From positions 34,597-98,596 of the forward strand of contig CAYYFE010000008.1 in the NCBI GenBank assembly GCA_964471115.1: 64,000 nt of DNA, read 5' to 3'. A program made the translations under genes and the position numbers. The notes under the pieces were generated by a model. The model was given only the letters and a program-made list of their open reading frames with translations, was not told the DNA's origin and searched no databases. Position 1 is the stretch's first letter, and each line of letters starts with the position of its first letter. The stretch comes from an uncultured Solibacteraceae bacterium. Its GTDB lineage: Bacteria > Acidobacteriota > Vicinamibacteria > Vicinamibacterales > SCN-69-37. Below are positions 54,949 through 64,000 of this stretch, piece after piece.

Positions 54949-56288
54949 GCCGACGTCGAGTATCTCGGCGTCCCGGAGGTGTCGAGCCCACGGTCGAACA
55001 CCGAGGCGACGTTACGCAGGAAGGGGCGACCGCGATCGGTGATGACCAGTCGGTCGTCCTGCCAGTGCACGAGACCATCGGCCTCGAGTTCCCGCAGCGC
55101 CGCAGGCGCCGCGATGTCAGTTCGCGTGTCGGGCACCACCGCGAACCCCTCGTTGAGCAGATGCATGATGAGCGTCCGCGTGTGCTGCTCTTCCGCAGTG
55201 AGATGATGACCGCGCAGCGTCGGCAGTTCACCGGCCCCAAGCCGCCGTTCGTAGACCGTCAGCACCTTCTCGTTCTGGTGGTAACAGTCCGGCGTCTCGG
55301 AAATCGCGCTGACACCCAATCCGATCAGCACATCGGTCTTCACCTCGGTGTACCCCATGAAGTTGCGGTGCATCCGGCCCTCACGCGCCGCGACGGCCAG
55401 CGGATCGCCGGGCCGGGCGAAGTGGTCCAGCCCCAGTTCGACATACCCCGCAGCGAGCAAGGGCCCCCGCACGACTTCATACAGCCGGCGTTTGTCCGCA
55501 CCGGCCGGAATCTGCTCGTCAGTGAACTTGCGCTGCGCCGGTTTGATCCACGGAACCCGCGCGAAGCTGTAGACCGCAAGGCGATCAGGGCCCACCTTCA
55601 CGATCGCATCGGCCAGTCGTTGCGCGGACTCGGGAGTCTGGCCCGGCAGCCCGTACACCAGGTCCACATTCACCGACTCAAAGCCCATCGTCCTCGCGCC
55701 GTCCACCAGCGCAGTCGTGATCGCCAGAGGCTGATGCCGATTGATGAGGCGCTGGACTTCCTCATCGATGTCCTGGACCCCGAGCGACACGCGGGTGACG
55801 CCGCGGTCGCGCATGGTCTCGAAGTGCGCCAGCGTGGTCACGCGCGGGTCCACTTCGACCGAACCTTCGAACCGGTCGTCGAGTGACAGCCGGTCTGCGA
55901 TGCCGTCCAGCAGCAGGCCCAGTTCGTCCGGCGAGAGAAACGTCGGCGTGCCGCCGCCCAGGTGAAGTTGCCGCACCGGGTGCGACGCCAGGCCCGGCAC
56001 GTGCCTGACATACCAGTCGAGTTCGGTGAACAGCCGATCGATGTACTCACGACCCTTGTCGTGATTGCGGGTGATCACCGTGTTGCACCCGCAGTAGGTG
56101 CACAGCGACTCGCAGAACGGGATATGGACGTACAGCGCGATCGACGCTTCGGGCCGGGCGATGCCACGTGTGAGCGAGGCCACCCAGCTGTCCGCTGTCG
56201 GCTGACGGCACCACGCCGGCACGGTCGGATAACTCGTGTATCGGGGCACCGGCACGTCGTACTTGGCAAACAGTTCCGAGGAGGTCAT
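54945..56288 (-). CDS. hemN: oxygen-independent coproporphyrinogen III oxidase (radical SAM)
   Basis: ATG at 56288. YDVPVPRYTSYPT N-terminus and the CxxxCxxC cluster (HIPFCESLCTYCGC). Confidence 0.9.
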   Translation of the reverse strand: MTSSELFAKYDVPVPRYTSYPTVPAWCRQPTADSWVASLTRGIARPEASIALYVHIPFCESLCTYCGCNTVITRNHDKGREYIDRLFTELDWYVRHVPGLASHPVRQLHLGGGTPTFLSPDELGLLLDGIADRLSLDDRFEGSVEVDPRVTTLAHFETMRDRGVTRVSLGVQDIDEEVQRLINRHQPLAITTALVDGARTMGFESVNVDLVYGLPGQTPESAQRLADAIVKVGPDRLAVYSFARVPWIKPAQRKFTDEQIPAGADKRRLYEVVRGPLLAAGYVELGLDHFARPGDPLAVAAREGRMHRNFMGYTEVKTDVLIGLGVSAISETPDCYHQNEKVLTVYERRLGAGELPTLRGHHLTAEEQHTRTLIMHLLNEGFAVVPDTRTDIAAPAALRELEADGLVHWQDDRLVITDRGRPFLRNVASVFDRGLDTSGTPRYSTSA

Positions 56289-57304
56289 GCCAGCGTCTTC
56301 CTGATGAATCGCACGAACGTCCTGACGCTTTCTTCCGGAGTGCCCGGCAGGACGCCGTGCCCCAATCCACAGATCCATCCGCGCCGCTGCCTCGGCGACA
56401 ACGCGCGGACGGGTTCAACGAACCGATCGAGCGCACGCCGCAGTTCTCTGCCCGTCAGGTGCAACAACGCCGGATCGAAGTTCCCCTGCACGAACCCCGG
56501 CCACGCGCGGCGGCGCAGGGTGGACGCCAGGTCCCAGCGACCATCAATCCCCACGCCGGCCCACGGAGCCTCCACGAACGTTGGCGACGACAACTGCGCG
56601 GGATGTGATCCCTTGGCGTAGTAGCCCAGCCGTCCCGGGAACCGCCGCGCCAGCCTGGCCAGGTCCGGCGCGACACACGTGTCGAATTCGCTGCTGGCCA
56701 CATCACCGGCCGCCGTGTCGAGCACCATGACGACATCCGCGCCCGCGTCGAGCTGCATGCGGATGTTGCGGATGAGCAGCGGCACCATGTGGCGCGCGAA
56801 CGCCCGATACAGCTGCGGCGAGGACTTCGCGCCCACCAGCGCCCCCTGATGGGATCCCTCGACGGCATACACGAACAGCGTCCACGGCCCGCCGACAAAT
56901 CCCAGCAGCGCCTTGTCGCGCGGCAGCAACGCTCGGGTCGCGGCGACGGCCTCGCCCTGGAATCCGAGACGCTCCAACGCCTTGTCCGTCTCACGGAATT
57001 GCGCCACCCGCGCAGCCGTCAGAGGGCCATCCAGCCGAGGCGGTCCGTCGGCATACGACAGACCGAGACCAAGCGCCTCGAGCGGAAACAACAAATCGCT
57101 GAACACGATGGCCGCGTCGAAATCGAAATCGCGAATCGGCCCCAGCGCCGCTTCGGCCGCGACCTCGGGCCGCCGGCAGATGTCCTCGAAGGAGTACCTC
57201 TTCCGCAGGTGCTGATAGTGCCGGTGATACCGGCCCGCTTGACGCATCAGCCAGATCGGCGGCACGGCCTGCGGCACCCCCCGCACCGCGCGCTCGAAGC
57301 GCAT
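56285..57304 (-). CDS. hemE: uroporphyrinogen decarboxylase
   Basis: ATG at 57304 shares one nt with the response-regulator stop. PIWLMRQAGRY signature. Confidence 0.85.
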   Translation of the reverse strand: MRFERAVRGVPQAVPPIWLMRQAGRYHRHYQHLRKRYSFEDICRRPEVAAEAALGPIRDFDFDAAIVFSDLLFPLEALGLGLSYADGPPRLDGPLTAARVAQFRETDKALERLGFQGEAVAATRALLPRDKALLGFVGGPWTLFVYAVEGSHQGALVGAKSSPQLYRAFARHMVPLLIRNIRMQLDAGADVVMVLDTAAGDVASSEFDTCVAPDLARLARRFPGRLGYYAKGSHPAQLSSPTFVEAPWAGVGIDGRWDLASTLRRRAWPGFVQGNFDPALLHLTGRELRRALDRFVEPVRALSPRQRRGWICGLGHGVLPGTPEESVRTFVRFIRKTLA

Positions 57305-57972
57305 CACTCCTGTGTCCACTGGTATCCCGTCCCTCTGATCGATCGAATCCGCGCGCCGGCGCGCTCGCCCAGCGCGGCCCTGAGTCTGACGATGGCGTTG
57401 TCGACGGCGCGGGGAGTCGGAAACCGATCCTCGCCCCACGCCCGGTCGAGCAATTCCGATCGACTGACGACATTCGGCGCCCGCTCGACCAGCAGACGAA
57501 GCACGCGCGCGTCTCTCACCTGCAGATGCAGGGTCCGGCCCGCCGCACTGACCGTCAGCGCGTCGAAGTCGATCACGGTGCCGTCGCAGGCCACCTGCCT
57601 GGGCGCCGCCTGCCGGCTTGCCAGCACATGCCGCACACGCAACGTGAATTCCTTGAGGTGAAACGGTTTCGGCAGGTACTCTTCGGCGCCGATCTCGAAG
57701 CCTTCCAGCCGGCTCTCCGCCGTATTGAGCGCCGTCATGAACATGATGGGCACGTCCAGACGCTTGCGCATTTCGCGCGCGAGCCCAAACCCCGAACCGT
57801 CGCCCAGCTTCACGTCGACAATCACCAGGTCCCATGCCTGTCGGTCGAGCTGCACGCGCGCCTCACCGATTGATGCCGCCCAGGCCACGTCATGTCCCTC
57901 CCGGGCCAATCGCTCCTGCAGAGTGCGGCCAAGGGACCGATCGTCCTCGACGATGAGGACCCGCGCGGTCAT
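57304..57972 (-). CDS. OmpR-family response regulator
   Basis: Receiver domain (VLIVEDD...DLVIVDVKLGDGSG...KPF) plus winged-helix output (VDNAIVRLR...IRGTGY). Confidence 0.9.
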   Translation of the reverse strand: MTARVLIVEDDRSLGRTLQERLAREGHDVAWAASIGEARVQLDRQAWDLVIVDVKLGDGSGFGLAREMRKRLDVPIMFMTALNTAESRLEGFEIGAEEYLPKPFHLKEFTLRVRHVLASRQAAPRQVACDGTVIDFDALTVSAAGRTLHLQVRDARVLRLLVERAPNVVSRSELLDRAWGEDRFPTPRAVDNAIVRLRAALGERAGARIRSIRGTGYQWTQE

Positions 57973-58850
57973 GCGGCCTCCGGCAGACTCAGCACGACGC
58001 GAACGCCCCCGGCGTCACCGTGGGACACCTGCAGCGAGCCCTGCATCCGCGCCACCAGGCGCCGGCTGATGAGCAGACCCAGACCGGTCCCACTGGTGGC
58101 GGCTGGACGCCAGTCGGAGGCGGCCAGGGCCCGCAGCACTTTCGCGCTGGCGCCAAGCCCGTTGTCGTCGAAGCTGATCGTGACCGCCGGACCGAGCCGC
58201 CCGACGACAACCTCCACGCGCGACGCGCCTCCATGCACCGACGCGTTCTGCAACACGTTGCGGACGATGCCCTCAACGGCACGGCGGTCGGCCATGACCT
58301 GGGCGTCGCCCTGCACCGCGACGGCCAGATCCGGCCAGTCCACCGCGAGTCGGGTCACCAGGCCGCGCACGTCCACGGGCTCCACGAACAACACCGCGTC
58401 GGGCTGAGCGTAGTACAGCGAATTCTCGAGCTGCAGCCGGAGCCGGAGCGCGTCACGCATCAACCGGCGCAACGACTCGCCACCGGCGTCGGGGCCGAGG
58501 TCTTCCTGAAGACTCTCGGCCTGCAGCTGAAGGCTGGCGAGCGCCGTCTTCAGATCGTGTGTGAACAACGAAAAGAAGTCCTGAAGCTGCTGTCGCCGGC
58601 GCGCCTCGCGGCGAATCGCCACCATCAGCGCCACGCCGCCTCCCAGCAGCAGCGCCAGCAACACCGTGCCTTCCCACACGAGCATGCGCTGGACCTGCCC
58701 CAGACGGTGTCCCGCCTCGCCGCCCAGTTCCTGAATGCGTTCGGCCTGCGAGAGACCGAAAAACAGCCACCAGCCGGCCAGCGAAACGGTGGTCGCCAGC
58801 CAGAGCAACGCCAGCATGTAGGACACGGTCCACCGCGGTTCCCGTGTCAT
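57969..58850 (-). CDS. sensor histidine kinase (two TM helices, minimal extracytoplasmic loop)
   Basis: H-box FSLFTHDLKTALASL, N-box VRNVLQNASVHG and G-box GTGLGLLISRRLV. Two TM helices separated by about 25 aa. Confidence 0.85.
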   Translation of the reverse strand: MTREPRWTVSYMLALLWLATTVSLAGWWLFFGLSQAERIQELGGEAGHRLGQVQRMLVWEGTVLLALLLGGGVALMVAIRREARRRQQLQDFFSLFTHDLKTALASLQLQAESLQEDLGPDAGGESLRRLMRDALRLRLQLENSLYYAQPDAVLFVEPVDVRGLVTRLAVDWPDLAVAVQGDAQVMADRRAVEGIVRNVLQNASVHGGASRVEVVVGRLGPAVTISFDDNGLGASAKVLRALAASDWRPAATSGTGLGLLISRRLVARMQGSLQVSHGDAGGVRVVLSLPEAA

Positions 58851-60130
58851 GAGGGGTCAGCCTCCCGCGCCGCCGCGCGCAGCACGGCCACGGCCTGGTC
58901 GAGCACGTCGTCTGTGTGGGCCAGCGACAGAAACAGGACCTCGTAGGGCGAGGGCGGCAGGTACACGCCGCGCGCAAGCGCCGCGTGGAAGAAGCGGCTG
59001 AACCACTCGGCATTGCCAGGTGGAATGCCGGCCGGTGTACGGATCGGATTCCCGTCGTCGAGATGGATCCACAACAGGCCGGGCTCATCGACGACACGAA
59101 GCGGCCGTCGCAAACCGGTAAAAGCGTCGCGCAGGCGGGCCGCCAAGGCCGTCGTCTGGCGGCCCAGCCGGTTCCATCCGTCGCGGGATTCCATCGCGCG
59201 CACCGTGGCCAGACCGGCCCGCATCCCCACCGGGTTGGCGGACAAGGTGCCGGCCTGATACACCGGCCCCTCCGGAGCGACCAGCGAAAGCAGGTCGGCG
59301 CGGCCGCCGTACGCGCCGACGGGGAACCCGCCGCCAATCACCTTGCCGTAGCAGACCAGGTCGGGCGTCACGCCCAGGCGTTCGGCCATGCCGCCTCGGC
59401 CGACACGGAACCCGCTGATGACCTCATCAAACAGCAGCAGCGTGCCGCTGCGCGCGCAGTGGGTCACGAGGCGGTCAATCCACTCGCGCCGTTGCGGCAG
59501 CAGGCCGTAGTTGGCGGGCAATGGCTCGAGCGTGACGGCGGCCAGCGTGTCGCCATGAGCCGCAAACACGGCATCAAGGGCCTCCGTGTCATCAAGCGGC
59601 GCGACCAGGGTGGACGCCGCGGCGGCACCGACACCGGCACTGGACGCGGCACTGGCGCCGGCCAGACCGCTGCCGGCCTGCACGAGCAGCGCGTCGGCGT
59701 GGCCGTGATAACACCCCTCGAACTTGAGGATGTGCGGGCGCCCGGTGGCGGCGCGCGCCACGCGCAGGGCCGACATCGTGGCCTCGGTGCCCGACGAGAC
59801 GAAGCGCAGCCTGGACACGTGCGGCACACGAGACACGATCCACTCGGCCAATTCCAGGGAGTAGGGCTCCGCCGCGCCGTACGTCCAGCCATCGTCGATG
59901 GCCGCGCGTGCGGCGCCGGCCACGCCCGGGTCCCGGTGTCCAAGCACCAGGGGACCAAAACTCATGCAGAAGTCGATATACGCGTGTCCATCCACGTCGG
60001 TCAGGCGTGCCCCGTCCGCCCTGGCCATGAACCGCGGAGTGCCGCCGACGTGTGAGAACGCGCGCACGGGGCTGTGGACGCCGCCGGGCGCCACGGCCCG
60101 CGCACGTTCGAACAGGGCGCGCGAACTCAT
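58847..60130 (-). CDS. hemL: glutamate-1-semialdehyde 2,1-aminomutase
   Basis: ATG at 60130. APGGVHSPVRAF signature and aminotransferase class III body. Confidence 0.9.
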   Translation of the reverse strand: MSSRALFERARAVAPGGVHSPVRAFSHVGGTPRFMARADGARLTDVDGHAYIDFCMSFGPLVLGHRDPGVAGAARAAIDDGWTYGAAEPYSLELAEWIVSRVPHVSRLRFVSSGTEATMSALRVARAATGRPHILKFEGCYHGHADALLVQAGSGLAGASAASSAGVGAAAASTLVAPLDDTEALDAVFAAHGDTLAAVTLEPLPANYGLLPQRREWIDRLVTHCARSGTLLLFDEVISGFRVGRGGMAERLGVTPDLVCYGKVIGGGFPVGAYGGRADLLSLVAPEGPVYQAGTLSANPVGMRAGLATVRAMESRDGWNRLGRQTTALAARLRDAFTGLRRPLRVVDEPGLLWIHLDDGNPIRTPAGIPPGNAEWFSRFFHAALARGVYLPPSPYEVLFLSLAHTDDVLDQAVAVLRAAAREADPS

Positions 60131-61095
60131 GCGGGGATCCCCAGCGCCCGGGCCCGGCGCGCTCCATACGTGATGATGAATCCCGCGCCGGCCCGGCGAA
60201 ACACGCGCCACGTCTCGAGCAACATCTCGTCGAATCGTCCCAGACCTCGGTCTTCAAGCGCGACAAGACTGGCGTACTCGCCGCTGACCTGGTAGGCGCC
60301 CACCAGTTTGCCTGTCTCACGGGCAATCGGCGCGATGAGGTCGAGCGAGGTCAGGCCGGGTTTGACCATCAGCAGGTCCGCGCCTTCGGCGGCGCACCGC
60401 ACACTCGACGCCAGGGCATCGGCGCGCGCGCGGACGTCGATCTGATAGTGCCTGCGGTCGCCCTCACCAGGGGCCGAACCGGCGGCGTCACGGAACGGAC
60501 CGTAGAAGGCGCTGGCGAATTTCGTCGAATAACTCATGATGGGCACTCGATCGTGGCGCGCCTCGTCGAGCGCGCTCCGGATCGCCGCGACTCGATGGTC
60601 CATCATGTCACTGGGCGCCACGCCATCGGCGCCCGCGTCGGAGACGGCCACGGCCATCCGGCCCAGGGCATCGATGGTCGCCGGCACGTCCAGACGGCGC
60701 CCCTCGTCGAGCACGGCGCAGTGGCCATGCGACGTCCACGCGCACAAACAAAGGTCGATCCAGAGGTGCAGTCGTGTCCCGTGTGCCTGCTTGATGGCGC
60801 GCACGGCGTCCGCCAGGAAACCAAAGTCATCAGGATACGAGGCCTTCGCGCCCGGCACCGGGAACAGCAGGAAATGTCTCACGCCGGCATCGAGATCGCG
60901 CCCGACCTGATCAACCGCCTCGTCCACGTTCAACCGGGCGTTGTCACCCAGGCCGTCCACCGGCCGGCGCGCCTCGGCCTGTTCGCCGACGAAGATCGGC
61001 TGAACGAGATGCGCCGTCGTAAACCCGACTTCGTCGGTCAGGTCGCGCAGGTGCGCGGTCTGCCGAAGCCGAAGCCGGGACCAGGGAGCACTCAT
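60127..61095 (-). CDS. hemB: porphobilinogen synthase (Zn-type)
   Basis: ATG at 61095. Cys-rich metal site DLCLCAWTSHGHC and active-site ADLLMVKPG. Confidence 0.9.
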   Translation of the reverse strand: MSAPWSRLRLRQTAHLRDLTDEVGFTTAHLVQPIFVGEQAEARRPVDGLGDNARLNVDEAVDQVGRDLDAGVRHFLLFPVPGAKASYPDDFGFLADAVRAIKQAHGTRLHLWIDLCLCAWTSHGHCAVLDEGRRLDVPATIDALGRMAVAVSDAGADGVAPSDMMDHRVAAIRSALDEARHDRVPIMSYSTKFASAFYGPFRDAAGSAPGEGDRRHYQIDVRARADALASSVRCAAEGADLLMVKPGLTSLDLIAPIARETGKLVGAYQVSGEYASLVALEDRGLGRFDEMLLETWRVFRRAGAGFIITYGARRARALGIPA

Positions 61096-62567
61096 AGAGA
61101 CACCTCGGACAGCCAGTGGTCGTAGTCGAGCCACACGCCGGCGCGGTCACTCTCGCCCAGCACGGCCTTGATCGCGCGAGCGGTCGCGCCGGGACCGCTG
61201 CCATGCCAGCGGTCCGCCAGCCACGCTTTGGTCTGGAGGGCCCGGGTGAACTCGACTCCGCTGGTCCAGAAGAAGTGTGTACAGGACTCCAGATTCTGCG
61301 GCAGCCGGCGACGGACCAGATATGTCGCCAGCGTCTCGGCCGACGGCGCCGCGTCGGTGTGCGTCAGGCGCAGCCATCGGACCGGTCGGCCGGCCAGCAG
61401 GTCCACCTCCGCCCGTTCCTCGTCGCCCAGGCCCTCGGCACTGCCGTTGACCCACACGCCCCGCCCCGCCAGACGACGCCAGGTGCGCGCGCCTGCCACC
61501 CACACCAGCGTCTCCGGTCCGGCGACCCAGTCAGCCGGCCAGGCGTCCGCGCGCGACACCCAGTACCCGTCGGCCTGCGGCTGCGGTGGCCGCAACGTCA
61601 GCCGCGAGGCGGACCAGGGCTGATGAGGCGGCGGCCACAGCCGGTCGGCAGGCGCACGCGGGACCGCGGGCCTGTCGCGGTCCAGCTTCCACGTCTGAAC
61701 ATCACGATCCCCCTCGCTGCCCCTGGTGCTCAGCACCGTTCCATACGACCGGATGCGCGCCGTCGCGCCGAACGCGTCGTGGCAGCCGCCACCCCGCTCG
61801 GCCAGCAACGCGCGCTCGCGCACGACCTCGATCCATGTGTCCGCGTCCTGAACGGCCGTCAACCGGTCACGCAACGCGTGATTGGCGCGCGCGACCTCGA
61901 TGGCCAGCGCCCCCTGGGCCGGCGCCGTCGGAAACTCCCGCAACGGCAGCACCATCCACCGCGTCTGCTTCAGCAGCGTCCGAATCTCGACGGTGCTGTC
62001 CGGATCGAGCGCATCAGGCGCCAGCAGGCGATCGAGCGCGGCCTTGGCCACAACGAGCGCATCCGCGTCGCCATGGACGAGCTTGCGCAGGCGCGTCGTG
62101 ATGTTGCCCCGGACGTCACGCGTCACGACGGCATCCACCGTCCACGGAAGCAACGGCGGCAGCGACCGGGTGAGCGTCCAGGCCCGGCGAGGCGACGACG
62201 TGAGCACGGAGAGGATCGCGGGGGACCGCCGCAGCACTTCTGGGCGCACCAGCAGCACGTCGCGGGGATCCGCGCGCCGCAGCGTCGCTCCGACCACGGT
62301 GTCGATGCCGCTTTCGATCGGCAGATCTTTCCACGAGTGCACGACCAGGTCGGCCTCGCCGGTGAGGAGTTGCCGCGAGAGATCGGACGTGAAGGCGCCC
62401 TTGTCGGCGAACCGGGCGAGCGGCGTCACCGTGTCGCGGTCCCCGGCCGCGCTGCGGGCCTGCAGCGTGATGTCCAGGTCCGGATGGGCCTCCGCCAGCG
62501 CCGCCGCCACCTGACGGGCCTGGCGCTGAGCGAGCGCGCTCGCGCGACTGAGGATGCTTACGCGCAC
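61092..62567 (-). CDS. hemC: fused hydroxymethylbilane synthase / uroporphyrinogen-III synthase
   Basis: GTG at 62567 overlaps the hemA stop. The N-terminal half has HSWKDLP and RGNITTRL HemC motifs. The C-terminal roughly 170 aa is HemD-like. Confidence 0.75.
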   Translation of the reverse strand: MRVSILSRASALAQRQARQVAAALAEAHPDLDITLQARSAAGDRDTVTPLARFADKGAFTSDLSRQLLTGEADLVVHSWKDLPIESGIDTVVGATLRRADPRDVLLVRPEVLRRSPAILSVLTSSPRRAWTLTRSLPPLLPWTVDAVVTRDVRGNITTRLRKLVHGDADALVVAKAALDRLLAPDALDPDSTVEIRTLLKQTRWMVLPLREFPTAPAQGALAIEVARANHALRDRLTAVQDADTWIEVVRERALLAERGGGCHDAFGATARIRSYGTVLSTRGSEGDRDVQTWKLDRDRPAVPRAPADRLWPPPHQPWSASRLTLRPPQPQADGYWVSRADAWPADWVAGPETLVWVAGARTWRRLAGRGVWVNGSAEGLGDEERAEVDLLAGRPVRWLRLTHTDAAPSAETLATYLVRRRLPQNLESCTHFFWTSGVEFTRALQTKAWLADRWHGSGPGATARAIKAVLGESDRAGVWLDYDHWLSEVSL

Positions 62568-63355
62568 AGGTCTTCCCAGCCGAACGGGTGCAGCTCTTCG
62601 CGGGCGTCGAACCTCCGCCCGCACCGGGCTGCCGCGGCGCGCGCCTCACACAGACGCGCATCGGTCCCGTCGGCCTGATGGGCGGAGAACAGATCAGCGA
62701 GCGCCAGCACCGGCACATCGGCGATCGGCGTCCGTTCATCATCCGCTCGCAGGTCGAGCACGCGCCTGACGTCGGGATACGCCGACCGCACGCGAGCGAT
62801 CGCGTCGGCGCCGATCGGGGCGGCGATGACCACGGCGGTGCCCGCGCCGGCCGCGGTCCGCGCCGCCGGCCGGGCGGGGTGGTCGAGCGTGGCGCGGGTC
62901 CACACATCGACGACGTGGGCCGCGTCGATGTAGTCGTGGATCTCCCGCGCCAACACTCCGGCGCCAATGAGCGCCACACGGGTGAGGTCGCGGACATGGC
63001 GCCGGACCGCGCTGCCGTATGTGCGCGATCCCAGATCGCGCAGGTGCGCCTCGCGAATCACCCGCGCATCGGCGAGCACCTGTTGTCCCAGGCGCTTCAG
63101 CCAGGCGTGGGTACGCCCGTCCAGCCCGTCCAGGAACGCCTTGAACTGTCCTTGAATCTGCGTCTCACCCGCCATCGGCGACTGCAGACCGCACACGACC
63201 TCGACCAGATGCGCATACGCCGCGCCGTCCTCCAGGTCCGCCCGGCGCGCGCCGTCGTCGATGAAGGTGATCGCGCGCAGGCAGGTGCGGAAGGTGGCGA
63301 GGCCGTCGGTGTGGCCCTCGCTCCCGCGTCTCCTGTCCGTCAGCCGCAGTCGCAC
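62558..63355 (-). CDS. hemA: glutamyl-tRNA reductase-like protein, unusually short (265 aa)
   Basis: GTG at 63355 with an in-frame TAG four codons upstream. TCLR (catalytic Cys context), GLQSPMAGETQIQGQFK signature, IGAGVLAREI NADPH motif. No C-terminal dimerisation domain. Confidence 0.65.
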   Translation of the reverse strand: MRLRLTDRRRGSEGHTDGLATFRTCLRAITFIDDGARRADLEDGAAYAHLVEVVCGLQSPMAGETQIQGQFKAFLDGLDGRTHAWLKRLGQQVLADARVIREAHLRDLGSRTYGSAVRRHVRDLTRVALIGAGVLAREIHDYIDAAHVVDVWTRATLDHPARPAARTAAGAGTAVVIAAPIGADAIARVRSAYPDVRRVLDLRADDERTPIADVPVLALADLFSAHQADGTDARLCEARAAAARCGRRFDAREELHPFGWEDLCA

Positions 63356-63445
63356 GGGTTCAGTCTAGTGAGAGCGCGATCGCGAAGTGTCACGGAATTG
63401 TCCCGACGCGGGCACTGGAGCGAGTGACAGGGCTATCGTGCTCAC

Positions 63446-64000
63446 GTGGCATCGATCGGAGTGTTGCTGCTCCAGCTGGGCACGCCTGAGGCACCGACGC
63501 GGCCGGCGCTGCGCCGCTATCTGGCGGAGTTTCTTTCAGACCATCGCGTCATCGACCTTCCGCGCTGGCAGTGGCTGCCGATTCTTCACGGCATCGTCCT
63601 CAATACCCGACCGCAGAAGTCCGCCATGGAGTACGCGAAGGTCTGGACACCAGAGGGGTCTCCGCTGCTGGTGACCTCACGTCGGCAGGCCGCCCTGCTG
63701 GAGGCCGCGCTCAGGTCCAGAGGCATCGACGCGGTTGTGCGTGTGGCAATGCGGTACGGGCGGCCCTCGACGGAGGATGCGGTGGCCGAGCTCGAGGCTG
63801 CTGGGGTCTCGCGCATCGTGGCGCTGCCGATGTACCCGCAGTACGCCAGCGCGACGACCGGATCAAGCGTCGAGGAGCTCTATCGCGTCGCGTCCCGCCG
63901 GCGAATCATTCCTCCGATTGCGGTGGTGCCTCCGTACTTCGAGCATCCCGGTTACATTCGAGCGCTCGCTGAAGTCGCACGGGCCGCGCTGGCCGGTTGG
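63446..64000 (+). CDS. hemH: ferrochelatase (N-terminal 185 codons; continues past the right window edge)
   Basis: Absent from the ORF track because it has no stop. Manual translation from GTG 63446 gives VASIGVLLLQLGTPEAPTRPALRRYLAEFLSDHRVIDLPRWQWLPILHGIVLNTRPQKSAMEYAKVWTPEGSPLL, the ferrochelatase N-terminal pattern. Alternative GTG at 63461. Confidence 0.85.
   Translation, partial: MASIGVLLLQLGTPEAPTRPALRRYLAEFLSDHRVIDLPRWQWLPILHGIVLNTRPQKSAMEYAKVWTPEGSPLLVTSRRQAALLEAALRSRGIDAVVRVAMRYGRPSTEDAVAELEAAGVSRIVALPMYPQYASATTGSSVEELYRVASRRRIIPPIAVVPPYFEHPGYIRALAEVARAALAGW

Noticed and set aside
61116-62678. 520-aa plus-strand ORF
   Set aside because: It is antisense to the hemC/D fusion gene, which carries the HSWKDLP and RGNITTRL motifs on the minus strand.

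Overview
High-GC bacterial chromosomal DNA. Hand counts of sample 60-mers give about 70% GC. It is most likely from Acidobacteriota: there are four ADOP-type (MacB/FtsX-like duplicated orphan) permeases, two of them paired with small PadR regulators. All calls come from reading the sequence and ORF translations and from remembered motifs; no searches were run. Roughly 55 protein genes can be supported. Contents by region: (i) 1-8.3 kb holds a hydantoinase fragment, an ADOP permease, a solitary DGQHR (DndB-like) protein and a large M14 peptidase. (ii) 8.3-13 kb holds a lower-GC two-gene island, a calcineurin-like metallophosphoesterase plus a 1079-aa membrane-anchored NACHT-like P-loop NTPase with pentapeptide repeats and a methyltransferase-like domain. 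The island sits between an intact gene and a decayed copy of the same gene. It is my best candidate for an undescribed defence/conflict system. (iii) 13-18.3 kb is a translationally coupled operon of paralogous secreted beta-sandwich proteins plus a DUF1624-type acyltransferase. (iv) 18.3-53.8 kb holds two divergent PadR-ADOP pairs, a fourth ADOP permease and housekeeping, secreted and peptidase genes. (v) 53.8-64 kb is a nine-gene heme biosynthesis operon (hemA, hemC/D fusion, hemB, hemL, hemE, hemN, oxidase) with a two-component system embedded in it, divergent from hemH. Two non-coding repeat families stand out. One is short-period (7-9 nt) tandem arrays in at least eight intergenic spacers, some forming long inverted pairs that bracket a PadR gene and a four-helix-bundle (23S-IVS/Avd family) gene. 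The other is a 190-230 nt palindromic element in four copies, with a conserved four-way-junction fold and compensatory changes; two copies bracket a GxxExxY gene. A textbook intrinsic terminator at 905-932 with no upstream coding gene suggests an sRNA or leader. No rRNA, tRNA, CRISPR array, transposase or integrase was recognised.
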